From: an uncultured Fibrobacteraceae bacterium
GTDB lineage: Bacteria > Krumholzibacteriota > Krumholzibacteriia > LZORAL124-64-63
NCBI GenBank assembly: GCA_964559455.1
Contig: CAZLHO010000006.1
Location: forward strand, 17,627-81,626
Direction of reading: 5' to 3'
Length of the DNA: 64,000 nucleotides
Below the pieces are notes generated by a model. It was not told the origin of the DNA. It did not search any database and worked only from the letters and a program-made list of their open reading frames with translations. The translations under genes were made by a program, and so were the position numbers. Positions 56,101 to 64,000 of this stretch are shown here, piece after piece (positions within the stretch are counted from its first letter, which is position 1; each line of letters starts with the position of its first letter).

Positions 56101-58773
56101 ATGCGGATCTTCCCTCGTTCACGCCCCCGAGTCCTTCTGACCCTCTGCGGGGCCCTGATGTCCTGCGTCTTCGCCGTCGGCGCCCGGGCCGCCGTCGTCG
56201 CCACGGCCGATATCGTGAAGGCCGTGCGCATGGACGCCCCGGTGCGCGTCGACGGCCGGCTGGACGAACCGTCCTGGCGCGGGCCGTCCGCCGCGCCTTT
56301 CATCCAGAACGAGCCGGACAACGGCGCGGCCCCGAGGCTGCGCACCGACTGGTGGATCGGCTACGACGACGAGAACCTCTATGCGGCCTTCCGGATGCAC
56401 GACGCCGCGCCCGACTCCATCGTCGCCCGCCTGGGACGGCGCGACAGCGACACGCGGTCGGACTACGTGCGCATCGACCTCGACACCTTCAACGACGACC
56501 GCAGCGGCTTCGCCTTCTCGGTCAACGCCGCCGGCTCGATCTACGACGCTGTCTTCTTCAACGCCGGCGAGGACGACGCCTCCTGGGACGGCGTCTGGGA
56601 CTGCGCCACGCGGGTGGACGAACGGGGCTGGACCGCCGAGATGCGCATCCCCTTCTCGCAGTTGCGCTTTCCCGAGGGTGCGGAGCAGCGCTGGGGCGTG
56701 AACGTGACCCGCTACGTGCAGCGCTACGAGGGTCGCGACGATCTCTGCCTGCGCCCGCGCGACGACAGCTCCTTCCCCAGCCGCTACCCCGACCTGGTGG
56801 GAATCACGGGCGTGCGGCCGGGCAAGGCGATCGAGGCGCTGGTCTACGCCACGGGGCGGGCGTCGTTCCTCGAGACAGCTCCGGGAGATCCCTTCGACGA
56901 CGGCTCCGAATACGATGCGGACGCCGGCCTGGACCTGAAGTGGAACCTGTCCAGCGACCTGACGCTGAACGCCGCGCTGAACCCGGACTTCGGCCAGGTG
57001 GAGGTCGATCCGGCCGTGGTGAACCTGAGCGACGCCGAGACCTTCTTCGAGGAGCGCCGGCCCTTCTTCGTCGAGGGCGGCGGCATCTTCCGCTACGGCC
57101 GCGACGGCACCAGCAGCAACTGGAACTTCGACTGGTCGGACCCCCGGCTCTTCTACAGTCGGCGCATCGGCCGGTCGCCGAGCCTGCCGCTGGAAGAGCA
57201 CGACTACGCCGACAGGCCGGGCTTCACGACCATCCTGGGCGCGGCCAAGCTGACCGGGCATGCGGGCGACACCTCGCTGGGCGTGCTCCACGCCGTGACG
57301 GCCGAGGAAAGCGCCGCTCTCTGGCTGGGCGGAGAGACCCGCGACCAGATCGTCGAGCCCCTGACCAACTATACCGCCGCCCGGCTGCGCCGCGACTTGG
57401 ACAGCGGCGCGATCGGCCTGATGGCCACCAGCGTGCAGCGCGAACGGCCCACAGGCCTGTCGCGCGCCCTGCTGCCGCAGCGGGCCTACTCGGCGGGCCT
57501 GGACGGCTGGACCTTCCTGGGGGAGGACCGCGGCTGGGCGGTGCGAGGCTACCTGGCGGGCAGCCGGATCAGCGGCGACGCGGCGGCCATCGACCGCGTG
57601 CAGCGCAGCTCCCGCCACTACATGGACCGCCCCGACATGGACTACCTGGACTACGACCCCGACCGCACCAGCCTGGACGGCTGGGCCGGGCGCGCGGTGC
57701 TGAACAAGGAGCGGGGCAGCTTGACCTTCAACGCCTCGCTGGGAGCCGTCTCGCCGGGCTTCGACGTGGCCGAGGTGGGCTTCCTGAACTGGTCCGACCT
57801 GGTGAACCGCAGCGTCGCCGTCGGCCACCGCTGGCTCGAGCCGCGCGGGGTCTTGCGCAACCTTTCGCTGACCTACACCCACTTCCAGAACTGGGATTTC
57901 GACGGCCGACCCATCGAGAACGGCTCGGGCGTCTTCGGCAACGCCACCTTCAGCAACTACTGGACCTTCCAGGGGCAGTGGATGTACATGCCGGACCGCT
58001 ATTCTCCCCGGGTCACCCGCGGCGGCCCTCTGATGCGCCTGCCCAAGGTCTGGACCAGCTTCCTCACCCTGGTCTCGGACCAGCGCAGGCCGCTGGCCGT
58101 CGGCGCCTGGCTGTCGCGCTGGAGCTGCGTCGACGACAGCGAGAGCACGAGCGGCGGCATCGAGTTCGTGGTGCGGCCCGGCCCGTCGCTGCGCCTGTCG
58201 ATCGAGCCGCAGATCGTGTGGCACAAGGAGGTCGTGCAGTGGGTGGGCGCCTTCGCCGATCCCGCGGCCACGCAGACCTTCGGCGGCCGCTACGTCTTCA
58301 GCGACATGGAGTACCGCGAGTTCAGCCTGCCGTTGCGCGTGGACTGGACCTTCACGCCGCGGCTGACGCTGCAGGGGTACGTGCAGCCGCTATTCGCCTC
58401 GGCGGACTACCGGCAGTTCAAGGAATTCGAGAAGCCCGGCACCTACGACTTCACGGTCTACGGCCGCGAGGGCGGCTCGACGATCGCCTATGACGAGTCC
58501 GCACGCTCCATCGTCGTCGATCCCGACGGCGCCGGCGCGGCGGAACCCTTCGCCTTCAACGACCCCGATTTCAACTTCAAGTCGCTGAAGGTGAACATGG
58601 TCCTGCGCTGGGAGTACCACGCGGGTTCGACCTTCTACCTGGTCTGGACGCAGGATCGGATGAACCTGGACGACCCCGGCGATTTCCGGTTGGGCCGCGA
58701 CACGCGCTCGCTCCTGGACGCCCCCGGCGACGACATCGTGATGATCAAACTGACCCGCTGGCTGGATTTTTAG
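56101..58773 (+). CDS. DUF5916-family protein with an N-terminal CBM9-like (DOMON-like) carbohydrate-binding domain, outer-membrane associated
   Basis: Signal peptide. CBM9-like N-domain (VDGRLDEPSWRG...WWIGYDDENLYAAFRMHD). Conserved central NPDFGQVEVDPAVVNLSDAETFFEERRPFF. OMP-like C-terminus ending ...RWLDF. Confidence 0.65.
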   Translation: MRIFPRSRPRVLLTLCGALMSCVFAVGARAAVVATADIVKAVRMDAPVRVDGRLDEPSWRGPSAAPFIQNEPDNGAAPRLRTDWWIGYDDENLYAAFRMHDAAPDSIVARLGRRDSDTRSDYVRIDLDTFNDDRSGFAFSVNAAGSIYDAVFFNAGEDDASWDGVWDCATRVDERGWTAEMRIPFSQLRFPEGAEQRWGVNVTRYVQRYEGRDDLCLRPRDDSSFPSRYPDLVGITGVRPGKAIEALVYATGRASFLETAPGDPFDDGSEYDADAGLDLKWNLSSDLTLNAALNPDFGQVEVDPAVVNLSDAETFFEERRPFFVEGGGIFRYGRDGTSSNWNFDWSDPRLFYSRRIGRSPSLPLEEHDYADRPGFTTILGAAKLTGHAGDTSLGVLHAVTAEESAALWLGGETRDQIVEPLTNYTAARLRRDLDSGAIGLMATSVQRERPTGLSRALLPQRAYSAGLDGWTFLGEDRGWAVRGYLAGSRISGDAAAIDRVQRSSRHYMDRPDMDYLDYDPDRTSLDGWAGRAVLNKERGSLTFNASLGAVSPGFDVAEVGFLNWSDLVNRSVAVGHRWLEPRGVLRNLSLTYTHFQNWDFDGRPIENGSGVFGNATFSNYWTFQGQWMYMPDRYSPRVTRGGPLMRLPKVWTSFLTLVSDQRRPLAVGAWLSRWSCVDDSESTSGGIEFVVRPGPSLRLSIEPQIVWHKEVVQWVGAFADPAATQTFGGRYVFSDMEYREFSLPLRVDWTFTPRLTLQGYVQPLFASADYRQFKEFEKPGTYDFTVYGREGGSTIAYDESARSIVVDPDGAGAAEPFAFNDPDFNFKSLKVNMVLRWEYHAGSTFYLVWTQDRMNLDDPGDFRLGRDTRSLLDAPGDDIVMIKLTRWLDF

Positions 58774-58878
58774 ATGAGGGGTTCAACCAAATCGCGCCGA
58801 CGGATGTCTCATGGTATGTGGAGCCACCTGCATTTGCCTGCCTCGGTGGTCGTCCCTACCCGCGAAAGAGAGAGAACG

Positions 58879-61605
58879 ATGAATCCGACCGCAACGCGCC
58901 GACACTCGCGTGGACGCCGCGGCTTCCCTCGGCACGTCACGGCCGCGGCGCTTTTGGTGCTGCTGATCGCGGCCGCATCTTCGGCCGTCGCCCTCGAGAT
59001 CTACACCGAGTCGCCGAAGGCCCCCGGCCTGAAGCTGGCCAGCCAGATCGTCGCCTACCGCATCGACGGCGGCGTCGTCGTGGACGGCAAGCTGGACGAG
59101 CGCGTCTGGAGCAATCCCACCGCCGCCCCGCTGATCCAGCGCGATCCCGACTGCGGCGCTCCTCCGACGCAGCGCACCGACTGGTGGGTTGCCTACGACG
59201 ACGAGGCCATCTACGTCGCGGCCCGCTGCCACGACACGGCGCCGGATTCCATCCTGGCGAACCTGGCGCGACGCGACAACTGGGTGCCCTCGGACCGGGT
59301 CTACGTGAACCTGGACACCTTCAACGACGACCGGAACGCCTACTCCTTCAACGTCAGCGCCGCGGGCGCGATCGGCGACGCCCGCCTCTACAACGACGGC
59401 TGGGACGACAGCACCTGGGACGGGGTCTGGGAGAGCGCCACGCATATCGACGACGGCGGCTGGAACGTCGAGATCAAGATCCCCTTCTCGCAGCTCAGCT
59501 TCCCGAAGGCGCAGGAGCAGGTCTGGGGCATCAACTTCAGCCGGCGCATGGGCCGCAGCAACGAGCGGTCCGACGTCTTCTACATGCCTCGCGAGGAGTC
59601 GGGCTACACCGGTCGCTTCCCCGACCTGGTGGGCATCCAGGGGGTCTGCCCCGGCAACAACGTCGAGGTCATGCCCTACGCGGTGACCAAGGTCGAGCGC
59701 CTGGAGATCGACGGCGACAACCCCTTCACCGACGGCAGCGAGCAGGACATCGACGGCGGTCTGGACCTGAAGTGGTGCCCGTCGAGCACGCTGACCCTGA
59801 ACGCCACCTTCAACCCCGACTTCGGCCAGGTCGAGGTCGATCCGGCCGTGGTGAACCTGAGCGACGCCGAGACCTACTTCGACGAACGCCGGCCCTTCTT
59901 CGTGCAGGACTACAACATCTACCGCTTCGGCCGCGAGGGCACGAGCAGCAGCTGGGGGCTCAACTGGAGCGAGCCGACTCCCTTCTACAGCCGGCGCATC
60001 GGCCGCAACCCGCAGCTCTGGCCGTCCGCCGACTGGAGCGATCGGCCCGACGGCACGACGATCCTGGGCGCGGGCAAGCTCAGCGGACGCTTCGGCCCCT
60101 GGCAGGTCGGCCTGCTCAACGCGACCACCGCCGAGGAGAAGGCCACGTTGGACATCGGCGGCGTGCGCAGCGAGGAGACCGTCGAGCCGTTGACCAATTA
60201 CACCGTGGCCCGCATGAAGCGCGATTTCGACGGCAAGGCCGGCCTCGGCTTCATGGCCACCGGCGTCCAGCGCGACCTGAGCTCCGACCTGGCCCGTGAT
60301 CGGCTGACCAGCAGCGCTTACAGCCTGGGCGTCGACGGCTGGACCTTCCTGGACGACGACGAGGGCTGGGCCATGAAGGGCTACTTCAGCGGGAGTTCCA
60401 TCAAGGGCAGCGCGGCGGCGATCGATCGCGTGCAGAACTCCTACCGCCACTACATGGCGCGCATGGACGCCGGCCACATCGACTACGACCCCAACCGCAC
60501 CGGCCTCTCCGGATACGCAGGTCGCGTGATGGTCAACAAGCAGAAGGGCAACATCCGGCTGAACACGGCCTTCGGCGCCGTGTCGCCCGGATACGAGATC
60601 AGCGACCTGGGCTGGATGTACCGGGCCGACAAGCTGAACTTCCACGCCGCGCCCGGCTACCGCTGGCTCGAGCCCAAGGGCATCATGCGCAGCGCCTGGA
60701 TCGATGTCGCCGGCTACAGCAGCTGGGACTTCGACGGCACGCCCGATCAGCGCGGCTTCTATTCGTCGTGGGGCATGACCATGATGAACTACATGGGGGT
60801 CTGGGGCACCTACTCCTACACGCCGGACTACACGAGCGTGGCGGCGTTGCGCGGCGGTCCGAACGTGCGGCTGCCCGAGTCGCGCAGCGGCACGCTGCAC
60901 TTCGACACCAACGGCCGCAAACCCCTGTACCTGCACACCTGGGGCTCGTTCTGGGACACCCACGGCAACGGCCACGGCGCCGGCGGCGGGCTCGAGGTCG
61001 TCTACAAGCCCAGCAGCGCCCTGCGCATCAGCACCGGCCCCGAGTACACCTGGAACCAGGAGCAGCTGCAGTGGGTCGGCAGCGTCGGGGATCCCCTGAT
61101 GGAGGCCACCGGCGGCCGGCGCTACATCTTCAGCGAGATGGACTACCGCGAGTTCGCCCTGACCACCCGCGTGGACTGGACCTTCTCGCCCAAGCTCTCG
61201 CTGCAGACCTACATGCAGCCGCTGTTCGTGTCGGGCGACTACGACCAGTTCAAGGAGTTCCAGCGCCCCAGCAGCTCCGACTGGAGCTACCTGGGCCGGG
61301 ACAACGGCTCGACCGTGGCCTACGACGCGGGGTCCGACGAGTACGAGGTCGATCCCGACGGCGACGGCCCGGCCGAGGCCTTCACGATCTCGAACCCGGA
61401 CTTCAGCTACCGCTCGCTGAAGGTGAACATGATCCTGCGCTGGGAATACGACCCCGGCTCGACCCTCTACTTCGTCTGGACCCAGGATCGCGTGAACTTC
61501 GACGATCCGGGCGACTTCAGCCTGGGCGCCGGCACCCGCGCGCTCCTGGACGCCCCCGGCGACGACATCTTCATGGTGAAGGCGACGCGCTGGCTGAACT
61601 TCTGA
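58879..61605 (+). CDS. DUF5916/CBM9-like paralog of the upstream gene
   Basis: Start ATG 58879 (MNPTATRRHSRGRR..., with a signal peptide). Same block structure as its neighbour (NPDFGQVEVDPAVVNLSDAETYFDERRPFF). Ends ...RWLNF. Confidence 0.65.
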   Translation: MNPTATRRHSRGRRGFPRHVTAAALLVLLIAAASSAVALEIYTESPKAPGLKLASQIVAYRIDGGVVVDGKLDERVWSNPTAAPLIQRDPDCGAPPTQRTDWWVAYDDEAIYVAARCHDTAPDSILANLARRDNWVPSDRVYVNLDTFNDDRNAYSFNVSAAGAIGDARLYNDGWDDSTWDGVWESATHIDDGGWNVEIKIPFSQLSFPKAQEQVWGINFSRRMGRSNERSDVFYMPREESGYTGRFPDLVGIQGVCPGNNVEVMPYAVTKVERLEIDGDNPFTDGSEQDIDGGLDLKWCPSSTLTLNATFNPDFGQVEVDPAVVNLSDAETYFDERRPFFVQDYNIYRFGREGTSSSWGLNWSEPTPFYSRRIGRNPQLWPSADWSDRPDGTTILGAGKLSGRFGPWQVGLLNATTAEEKATLDIGGVRSEETVEPLTNYTVARMKRDFDGKAGLGFMATGVQRDLSSDLARDRLTSSAYSLGVDGWTFLDDDEGWAMKGYFSGSSIKGSAAAIDRVQNSYRHYMARMDAGHIDYDPNRTGLSGYAGRVMVNKQKGNIRLNTAFGAVSPGYEISDLGWMYRADKLNFHAAPGYRWLEPKGIMRSAWIDVAGYSSWDFDGTPDQRGFYSSWGMTMMNYMGVWGTYSYTPDYTSVAALRGGPNVRLPESRSGTLHFDTNGRKPLYLHTWGSFWDTHGNGHGAGGGLEVVYKPSSALRISTGPEYTWNQEQLQWVGSVGDPLMEATGGRRYIFSEMDYREFALTTRVDWTFSPKLSLQTYMQPLFVSGDYDQFKEFQRPSSSDWSYLGRDNGSTVAYDAGSDEYEVDPDGDGPAEAFTISNPDFSYRSLKVNMILRWEYDPGSTLYFVWTQDRVNFDDPGDFSLGAGTRALLDAPGDDIFMVKATRWLNF

Positions 61606-61649
61606 CCCGCACCCCGAGGGCCGGCGCCGGATGCGGCCGGCGTCGCCAA

Positions 61650-61692
61650 GGGCCCCGACCGTGATGCGGCATGGTCGGGGCCCGTCTTCGTC
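61650..61692 (+). terminator. intrinsic terminator after the DUF5916 paralog
   Basis: GGGCCCCGACC-(12-nt loop)-GGTCGGGGCCC: perfect 11-bp stem, then gtcttcgtcc. Confidence 0.4.
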
Positions 61693-61769
61693 CGCGGACG
61701 AATCCTCGTGGCCGATCCTGCGTACCAATCCGGTCCCGTGACCGATCCCGCCCGACCCGGAGGATGATC

Positions 61770-62573
61770 ATGGCCCGCATGCCCGCGCACGTCCTCGCGC
61801 TGCTCCTGCTGCTGCCGATCGCCGCCATCGCCGCCGACCCGCCGACCCTGACCGAAGAGCACCTGCGGTTCCGGCAGCAATCGGCCGCGCGGGACGAGGC
61901 GCGGCTGCGGGGCTTCCTGGCCGCCAACGAAGGCGAACTGGCGACGACGGCCGGCGAGGTGCTGGCCCGGCATCACGCGGCGACCGGCGGGTTGGAGGCC
62001 TGGCGCGCCGTCGAATCGCTGAAGATGACCTTCCGGGGCGGAGCGGGATCGTCGGAGCTGGTCCTGGAGCGCTGCTATCGGCGTCCGGACCTCTACCGGC
62101 AGGAGGTCGTCGGCTCGCCCGGCGCCTCGGTCAGCGACGGAGAGCGGGTGTGGCGGCAGGGGCCGGACGGCTCCTGGAGCGAGGCGCCGTCCAACGGCTA
62201 CCGCTGGTTCGGCGGCCTGGATGTCCTGGCCCTGGATCCCGACGATCCCGGCGTGAGCTACGAGCTGGCGGGCGTCGAGATGGTCAACCGGGAGCCCTGC
62301 TATCACGTGGCGCAGGTCTGGGACGACGACGAGCGGCACGAGCTCTACTTCTCGATCGCCTCCGGCCGTCTGGTCGAGCGCCTGACCGACTACCTGAGCG
62401 GGCCGAGCTGGTTCTCGTACTGGGACTACCGCGAGGTCGACGGCGGCCTGTGGCTGCCGCACGTGCGGATCCGTTCGGTGGGCGACCTGGGCCCGCCCCA
62501 CGGCGTCGTGCTGGAGTCGGTGGAGGTGGATCCCGAGCTGCCGGACGCGTTTTTCGGCCCCGCAGCCGACTAG
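61770..62573 (+). CDS. secreted LolA-like protein (outer-membrane lipoprotein-sorting-like fold)
   Basis: Start ATG 61770 (MARMPAHVLALLLLLPIAAIAA) 7 nt after GGAGG. VLARHHAATGGLEAWRAVESLKMTFRG resembles the LolA-like family N-terminal block. Confidence 0.45.
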   Translation: MARMPAHVLALLLLLPIAAIAADPPTLTEEHLRFRQQSAARDEARLRGFLAANEGELATTAGEVLARHHAATGGLEAWRAVESLKMTFRGGAGSSELVLERCYRRPDLYRQEVVGSPGASVSDGERVWRQGPDGSWSEAPSNGYRWFGGLDVLALDPDDPGVSYELAGVEMVNREPCYHVAQVWDDDERHELYFSIASGRLVERLTDYLSGPSWFSYWDYREVDGGLWLPHVRIRSVGDLGPPHGVVLESVEVDPELPDAFFGPAAD

Positions 62574-62580
62574 GGGTGGC

Positions 62581-63660
62581 TCATCCTCGCGCCCTCTGGC
62601 GCAGGGCGAGGTCGGCCAGGACCAGCGCCGCCATGCTCTCGACGATGGGCACGGCGCGCGGCACCACGCAGGGGTCGTGGCGGCCCTTGGCCTCGAGCAC
62701 GACCTCGCGGCCCTCGTAGTCCACCGTCGCCTGCGGGCGGCCGATGGTCGCCGGGGGCTTGAAGGCGACCCGGAAGACGATGGGCTCGCCGTTGCTGATG
62801 CCCCCCTGGACGCCGCCGCTGCGGTTGGTCGCCGCGCCGATGCCGCCGTCCCGGCCGACGAAGGGGTCGTTGTGCGCCGAGCCGGCCATGCGCGCTCCGG
62901 CGAAGCCCGAGCCGATCTCGAAGCCCTTGACGGCCGGCAGGGACATCATGGCCTGGGCCAGCCTGGCCTCGAGCTTGTCGAAGACGGGTTCGCCCCAGCC
63001 GGCGGGAACGCCCCGACAGACGCAGCGCACCACGCCGCCGACGGAATCGTCGGCCGCGCGCGCCTCCTCCACGGCGGCGATCATCGCCCCGGCCGCGGCG
63101 GGGTCGGGGCAGCGGACGGCGGTGGCGTCGACCGCCTCGCGGGTCACCGCCGCGACGTCCACGGCGCCGCAGTCCACGGCGCCGACCGACTCGACCCAGG
63201 CCACGATCTCCACGCCGTAGGCGTCGCGCAGGAAGATCTCGGCGACGGCGCCGGCGGCCACGCGGCCGATCGTCTCGCGGGCGCTGGCCCGACCGCCGCC
63301 GCTGGCGGCGCCCACGCCGTACTTGGCGCGGTAGGTGAAGTCGGCGTGCGAGGGGCGGGGGACGTCGCGCAGGGCGGCGTAGTCGCCGGGGCGGGCGTCG
63401 CGGTTGGCCACGAGCATGGCGATGGGCGTGCCCAGGGTCCGTCCGCCTTCGACGCCGGACAGGATCGTGACCCGGTCCGCCTCGTCGCGGGCCGTGGTCA
63501 GGGCGCTCTGGCCGGGCCGTCGGCGGTCGAGCTGGCGCTGGACGTCGTCCTCCGCCAGCGCGATCCCGGGGGGCGTCCCGTCCAGCACGACGCCCACGCC
63601 GCCGCCGTGGGACTCGCCGAAAGTCGTCAACCTGAGGATGGTTCCGAATCCGCTGGACAT
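62581..63660 (-). CDS. aroC: chorismate synthase
   Basis: [19 protein letters not shown]-terminal signature plus the RPGHADxxY region. 359 aa. AGGAGG RBS. Confidence 0.9.
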   Translation of the reverse strand: MSSGFGTILRLTTFGESHGGGVGVVLDGTPPGIALAEDDVQRQLDRRRPGQSALTTARDEADRVTILSGVEGGRTLGTPIAMLVANRDARPGDYAALRDVPRPSHADFTYRAKYGVGAASGGGRASARETIGRVAAGAVAEIFLRDAYGVEIVAWVESVGAVDCGAVDVAAVTREAVDATAVRCPDPAAAGAMIAAVEEARAADDSVGGVVRCVCRGVPAGWGEPVFDKLEARLAQAMMSLPAVKGFEIGSGFAGARMAGSAHNDPFVGRDGGIGAATNRSGGVQGGISNGEPIVFRVAFKPPATIGRPQATVDYEGREVVLEAKGRHDPCVVPRAVPIVESMAALVLADLALRQRARG

Positions 63661-63699
63661 GCCGGCCTCCTGCTATTTTCCGGCTTTTACGGGCCGGCT

Positions 63700-63729
63700 A
63701 TTGACGCATATGTGAATACTAGTATATAC
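63700..63729 (+). promoter_or_regulatory. sigma-70-like promoter (TTGACG-N18-TATACT) containing the 10-bp palindrome ATACTAGTAT
   Basis: -35 TTGACG at 63700-63705. -10 TATACT at 63724-63729. The perfect palindrome ATACTAGTAT at 63715-63724 overlaps the spacer and -10. This is the only AT-rich patch of the aroC-distal intergenic region. Confidence 0.35.
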
Positions 63730-63956
63730 TGATTCGACGCTTCCGAACGCTTCGACCTGCGCGCCGCGCCGGAAAAAGCGCCTTCGACGACAGTCGCCGA
63801 AAGAGTCGCAAGTGATCCGCGAGTCCCACACCATCCGCACCCGGACGACGACGCAGGCTCGTCGTTGGTGGCGATGGTATGCCTACCGTCTGCGGATGGT
63901 CGGTACTGGGCGGATCCCTGACTCCGGATAGAATTCCGAGCAGCCTCGACGCCCCG

Positions 63957-63990
63957 ACCCACCATCCGAACGATGGTGGGATTTTTTTGT
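63957..63990 (+). terminator. intrinsic terminator on the plus strand with no upstream plus-strand CDS
   Basis: CCCACCATC-cgaac-GATGGTGGG (9-bp stem) followed by ATTTTTTT. The minus-strand reading has no U-tract. Confidence 0.5.
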
Positions 63991-64000
63991 ATCCGCACCC

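Noticed and set aside
63730-63760. tmRNA-like CUGAUUCGACG string near the window end
   Set aside because: There is no downstream tag-peptide reading frame ending in ...ALAA-stop and no tRNA-like acceptor/T-arm pairing to CCA. The similarity is limited to an 11-mer.
1-64000. CRISPR arrays, IS elements, integrases or phage genes
   Set aside because: No regularly spaced direct repeats, no transposase/integrase-like ORFs and no terminal inverted repeats were seen, even flanking the low-GC island.

Overview
This is a 64 kb, very GC-rich (~68-70%) bacterial chromosomal segment. Much of the six-frame ORF track is antisense or frame-shadow noise, as expected at this GC content. I called genes from recognisable motifs and from start codons located on the sequence.

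Layout of the window:
- 1-7.4 kb: partial glycosyltransferase C-terminus, then a minus-strand heme operon hemE-hemN-hemH-hemY-(CcsA/HemX-like)-hemA linked by ATGA overlaps.
- 7.5-19.4 kb: a cluster with very high c-type heme content. It holds four multiheme cytochromes carrying 7, 16, 26 and 6 CxxCH sites (55 in total). Also here are a SurA-like PPIase, two lipoproteins with CsgG/LpoB-like VPFEN domains, a 698-aa outer-membrane beta-barrel and an NHL-repeat protein.
- 19.7-23.6 kb: a second heme operon hemC-hemD-hemB-hemL on the minus strand.
- 23.7-27.2 kb: histidine kinase plus OmpR-type response regulator, then a GT39/ArnT-like membrane protein.
- 27.4-30 kb: a 64-aa peptide ending in a Cys/Asp-rich core, a stem-loop, a divergent LpxL/HtrB-like acyltransferase-fold protein and an HExxH membrane metallopeptidase.
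- 30-39 kb: housekeeping genes: DDAH, NptA plus a PhoU-like protein, moeA-mogA, def, a futalosine-pathway radical-SAM enzyme, a PHP protein and a DUF1579 protein.
- 39.0-39.7 kb: a 640-bp G-rich non-coding gap containing hairpins and a direct repeat.
- 42-45.4 kb: a low-GC (~50%) island encoding a TPR-fused sigma-54 activator. It is followed by a -24/-12-like element, a 42-aa single-TM ORF and a terminator.
- 45.4-53.4 kb: a 1695-aa S8 subtilase with a T9SS-type C-terminal domain, convergent with a serpin lipoprotein, then a CARDB-domain secreted protein.
- 53.8-62.6 kb: a membrane-embedded spermidine-synthase-like protein and two tandem DUF5916/CBM9-like outer-membrane paralogs.
- 62.6-64 kb: aroC, then a promoter-to-terminator bounded ~250-nt unit with no convincing ORF.

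The strongest candidates for a previously undescribed system are:
- the porin/cytochrome cluster flanked by the two heme operons, which looks like an extracellular or periplasmic electron-transfer conduit;
- the small Cys-rich peptide / LPLAT-like / M50-like locus, which looks like a RiPP-type or regulated-proteolysis system.
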